Shown here piece after piece: positions 60,489 through 64,000 of a stretch of 64,000 nt of DNA. A model generated the notes under the pieces. It saw nothing but the letters and a program-made list of their open reading frames with translations, did not search any database and was not told the DNA's origin. The stretch lies in assembly GCA_000182565.2 (NCBI GenBank), contig KQ257467.1. The stretch is one strand, 5' to 3'. This DNA comes from Spizellomyces punctatus DAOM BR117 (taxonomy: Eukaryota). Numbering within the stretch: the first letter of the stretch is position 1; every line of letters begins with the position of its first letter. The position numbers and the translations under genes were made by a program.

Positions 60489-61026
60489 TTAACGTGCCCA
60501 ATCCTTTTCTGGAGGTTCTCCCATTGCTTTGAGCTTTGCGTTCTGCTCGTCCATAAACTTCCTATACGGACCTCTCATGACAGGAGGCAAATCTAAAGGT
60601 TCATTGAACCACCAATTAGGTTCGGCTCGGATCGCTTGCACTTCACGAGAGAGGCGGTTTACTATCCAGAAAGCAAAACACATAAGACCTTGACGGTAAC
60701 AAAAGAAATAGCACGAATTGCTACATACTTTTCGTTCCCCATGCAAGATCCACTTGATAGGCCACTAGCGCGGTAAAGGCTGTCACAGGCAGTATTGCCA
60801 GAGCTGGCTTACGTCCCATAGCCTTTTGCAGTCCCGCCAAGCCAATTATTGTCACCGCGGTGCCTGACATCCAGTAAACCCTGTCTCGGGTAGCAGCAAT
60901 ATTCATCGCAAGTTGTCTATCGCGTTGCTCTTTGTTCTGCTTTATCGCAGCGACTTGTTGCATCATTAGGGCATCTTTGGCCTTGTCGATGGCAGGACTG
61001 GTGATGCTTGATACGAGGGAGCCCAT
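60489..61026 (-). CDS. Plasminogen receptor KT (PLGRKT/C9orf46)-like small membrane protein, 2 exons
   Basis: MGSLVS..QRDRQLAMNIAATRDRVYW, two hydrophobic segments, AYQVDLAWGTK|VNRL, matching the recalled family pattern RQ.AM.IA..R / YQ.D..YG.K..R. Confidence 0.75.
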
Positions 61027-61229
61027 CGTGGAGGTGAAGAGTTTTGGGACACGGATTGGTGAAAACACATCCAAAGTCGTTTCAACCCGCGGGCAGATTA
61101 CGGAGCGTGGCTAAGTCAGCCGCATTGCTGGAACACTTGGAACTCTTGGATCATACCATGACTGTGCCACCATTGGCAAACTCCGCTTCGTCTGGAAACC
61201 TTTGAAGGTCGATGGTTTGCCATTTCGAA

Positions 61230-64000
61230 ATGGACCAGCTTTCGGCACCATCCAATTTAAAAAAGAGTCCTTCAAGCATTATACAGAATGCTTCAAAATA
61301 TAAAAACATATTCTCATCGACGCCAACAAAAACGCTATACACGCATCTCAAGATAGACGGAACTGCAACAACGAAACTCAAGGTTTAGAGTTGCTGCTCT
61401 CTCCGGACTGATACTCGGATAGAAAACTGATCTCCACTCCTCCAGTGCAATGAATTGTTCTTTTCAGTGCCTTTTGGCACTGGGAGTATCGGAGTATTTC
61501 CAATTCCACGTACTTCCGTTGTGGAAACCATCAAAATCGAAAGCTCTGCACCGCTGTTACTGCGTAAATACCTCCTTGCTAGAGCAATTCTTGTCCAGTT
61601 CCTAACCAATCTATACTCGAAAAAGTCCATGGAAGACAATTACAGGACTATGAATTTTCTCCGCTTGAGCCGACCATTATTGCCTCTTCAACTCGGTCAG
61701 ATGGTGTCGTGCGGCTGTGGAAAATACCAACAGATATTAGTACGCATCCAGTTGGCAGAGAAATAGATGCTGCAACCATATATTTGGCTGCACATGAAAG
61801 GAAAGTGGAGTTGATAAAGTTTCATCCAACTGTCGGCAACATCTTGGCCACAAGTTCAGCGTAAGTGTGAGCCAAGCGGTCATGCCGATGTTTGCAGTTT
61901 GGCATACAATAGTTGCTTGGAGTGCGAGGCAGTGTCTCAGAATTACTTTGCTTTCTTCAAGTGACTCTACGATCCGTCTGTGGGACATTGAACACATGCA
62001 AGATCGACTAGCGCTGACTTGTCCCAACGACACCGTAGCGCAAAGTATCAGCTTCGACTACTGTGGGGACATGGTAACCGCGATCACTTCTGCGGGAGTT
62101 CTTGTGGTGTACGATCCCCGCGCAAGCACCGATCCCGTCTACACCACGCAAGCAGATCATGTAGCCTCCAAACCCTGTCGAACTTGTTGGCTTGCGCCCG
62201 ATCCCACTGTTGTGACAACGGGCTTCAACAAGCAGAGTGCCCGTGAGATTGCGGTCTGGGACACAAGAAGCTTGCAAAAACCCATTCAGGTGCTCGAGAC
62301 TACGGGAACCGGTGTCGGGGTACTGCAGCCGTTTTGGGATCCTGCTCTCCCGTTAGTGTACTTTGGGTCGAAAGGCGAGGGCATAAGGGTGTACGAGTTA
62401 ATGGAAGGGACGTTGAAATATGTAAATGCTGTAAAGGTCGAAAAACAAGCGGTGAGCAATGCAATGAGAAGTTCCGAATGTTTAATCCATCCGACCCTGA
62501 TCCATTCCGTAGACAGCGGTAGAACTTCTGCCTAAACCCCTTTGTGATAGTCGGAAATGCGAAATCGCCAGATTCTTGAGACTAGGGTATGTGATTTGGG
62601 ATGGACTCTGGGTTAGACAAGTTCTTGCCTACTTATTCGTCCCGACAGTACGGACAACGCGGTAGAAACAACCTCCATTCATGTGCCACGAGTTGACGGC
62701 GAAAAGACCTTTCAAGCCGATTTATACCCGCCAATACCTATAGTCAACCCGGCAGCGAGCTCCCATCAATGGTTTGATGCCGGTGATTCCATCGAACCGA
62801 TGATGGTTGATGTGGTCGCCCCTGAGCCTGTTCAGGTGACGGTAATTTCAGCGCCGGACGACGAGGACGTGTTGAAATTTCAAACAAAGGGAAGTGGCCC
62901 AACAGTTGAAGAATTGCTATTGCAAAGGAAAGACACTCTTCGACGGCAGAGTACGCAAATACGTCGCGCTCCAACTGCAAAATCTCATCCCATCAGCCGA
63001 TCAAGTTCAGGTGCTTCGCTGTCGGCCCTGGGATCCACGCAATCTGAACCTTCTCAAGCTACTACTACCGTTTATCTAGACGGAACAATCGATATTGAGC
63101 GCAGAGGGTGGTTTGGAACCGTATGGGAGCGGCACTATCTTTCGCTGAAAAAATCACGTCTGTACGTGGGTTTGGATCAGGACGCAGAAATGCCCCTGTA
63201 TTTTATTCCCTTGGCCAGCATTCGAAAGCTTGATGTGTTCAGTCTTGGGCCAGATAGGGGGGATGGATCACATCATCTGGGACTCGTTATTGAGACTTCA
63301 GAAAGGGTCTGGAGGTTCAAGGCCGGGTCAAAACCAGAACGGGATATGTGGTTCAATACGTTGACATCCCTGCTAACGGTTCAGGGATCGCTTGGCGTGA
63401 GTAGTGCTCCACTCCCTTCATTACCGAAGAAAGAGTCGCAGACTCGGTTGGCGAATCGGTCGTCGACTCTGGTCGTCGGAAATAGGGAAGGGGCATCTTT
63501 GATTGGAAATATACAGTGTCTCATCTCCAGCGGTCCAAGTTCGAGGCCTAGTAAACCCACTTGGACTGCACGCTTTGCCGTGCTGGATGAAGAAGGTCTC
63601 CTTCACTTGTACCCACCAGACATAAAAGCATATACCGAAAATAAGCCGCCCCTCGAAAGCTTCAACCTTAGTGCAGCAATCTCTGTGAGGCTGGCTGACT
63701 TGTCATCAGACACAACCCCACTTGACCTACTTGCTGACAGTCAGATACACACCAGCAACCTCACATGCTTCCAAATAAACACCACAAAGCGTAAATTATT
63801 GTTTCGGTCGCGAAATGCACATGAAGCAGCGAATTGGGTCTTGCAAATTCGGAGGGTGGTCGTCAGCAAGGGATTTGTTCCCGCCAAGGAGATTGTGAGC
63901 GACGACGTTCTTGAGGGTTGGGTGGAAGTAAAAAGTGGAGGTGAGCGGGTTAAACTCGCTCCTCGGAGATATTGGTTGGAAGTGATTGATGGGACCTTCT
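61230..64000 (+). CDS. Coronin with multiple PH domains (class-4 coronin/villidin-like), 3' end outside the window
   Basis: Coronin N-terminus SKYKNIF; WD repeats (AHERKVELIKFHP, STIRLWD, TTGFNKQSAREIAVWD, GSKGEG); CEIARF; VPR...FQADLYPP; then PH1 (~63070-63365), PH2 (~63500-63860) and the start of PH3 (~63900). Confidence 0.88.

Overview
Eukaryotic, intron-rich DNA. The gene set (EHD, class-4-like coronin, PLGRKT-like, double-PHD protein, fungal-type TPS2/Vps68/MsrA) suggests an early-diverging fungus, probably a chytrid (inference). The window has two compartments. (1) About 1-16,500 is a nested LTR-retrotransposon cluster: the 3' part of an apparently CpG-free chromodomain Ty3/Gypsy element and a related solo LTR, both inserted in a decayed Ty1/Copia element, then an AT-rich relic interrupted by a complete, younger 8.9-kb Ty3/Gypsy element (600-bp LTRs, 4-bp TSD, tRNA-Ala-type PBS). 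That element resolves into one ~2,490-codon frame broken only by five TGA codons and carries three sequence blocks I cannot assign. (2) About 16,500-64,000 is gene-dense: ATP3, a stand-alone double-PHD protein, TPS2-like, a circularly permuted ATP-grasp-like gene, a small Cys-motif orphan, RPL36, TFC3/GTF3C1 with an embedded PHD finger, MsrA, VPS68, YPT1/Rab1, EHD, a CoA-transferase, striatin, an FBXO9/Hrt3-like F-box gene, REV3, PLGRKT-like and a coronin-PH-PH-PH gene running off the end. Most interesting: the extra-domain single-ORF retroelement, the contrast between CpG hypermutation in one element and CpG absence in its neighbour, and the PHD finger spliced into TFIIIC's B-box subunit. Gene models were assembled by eye and no database searches were run.
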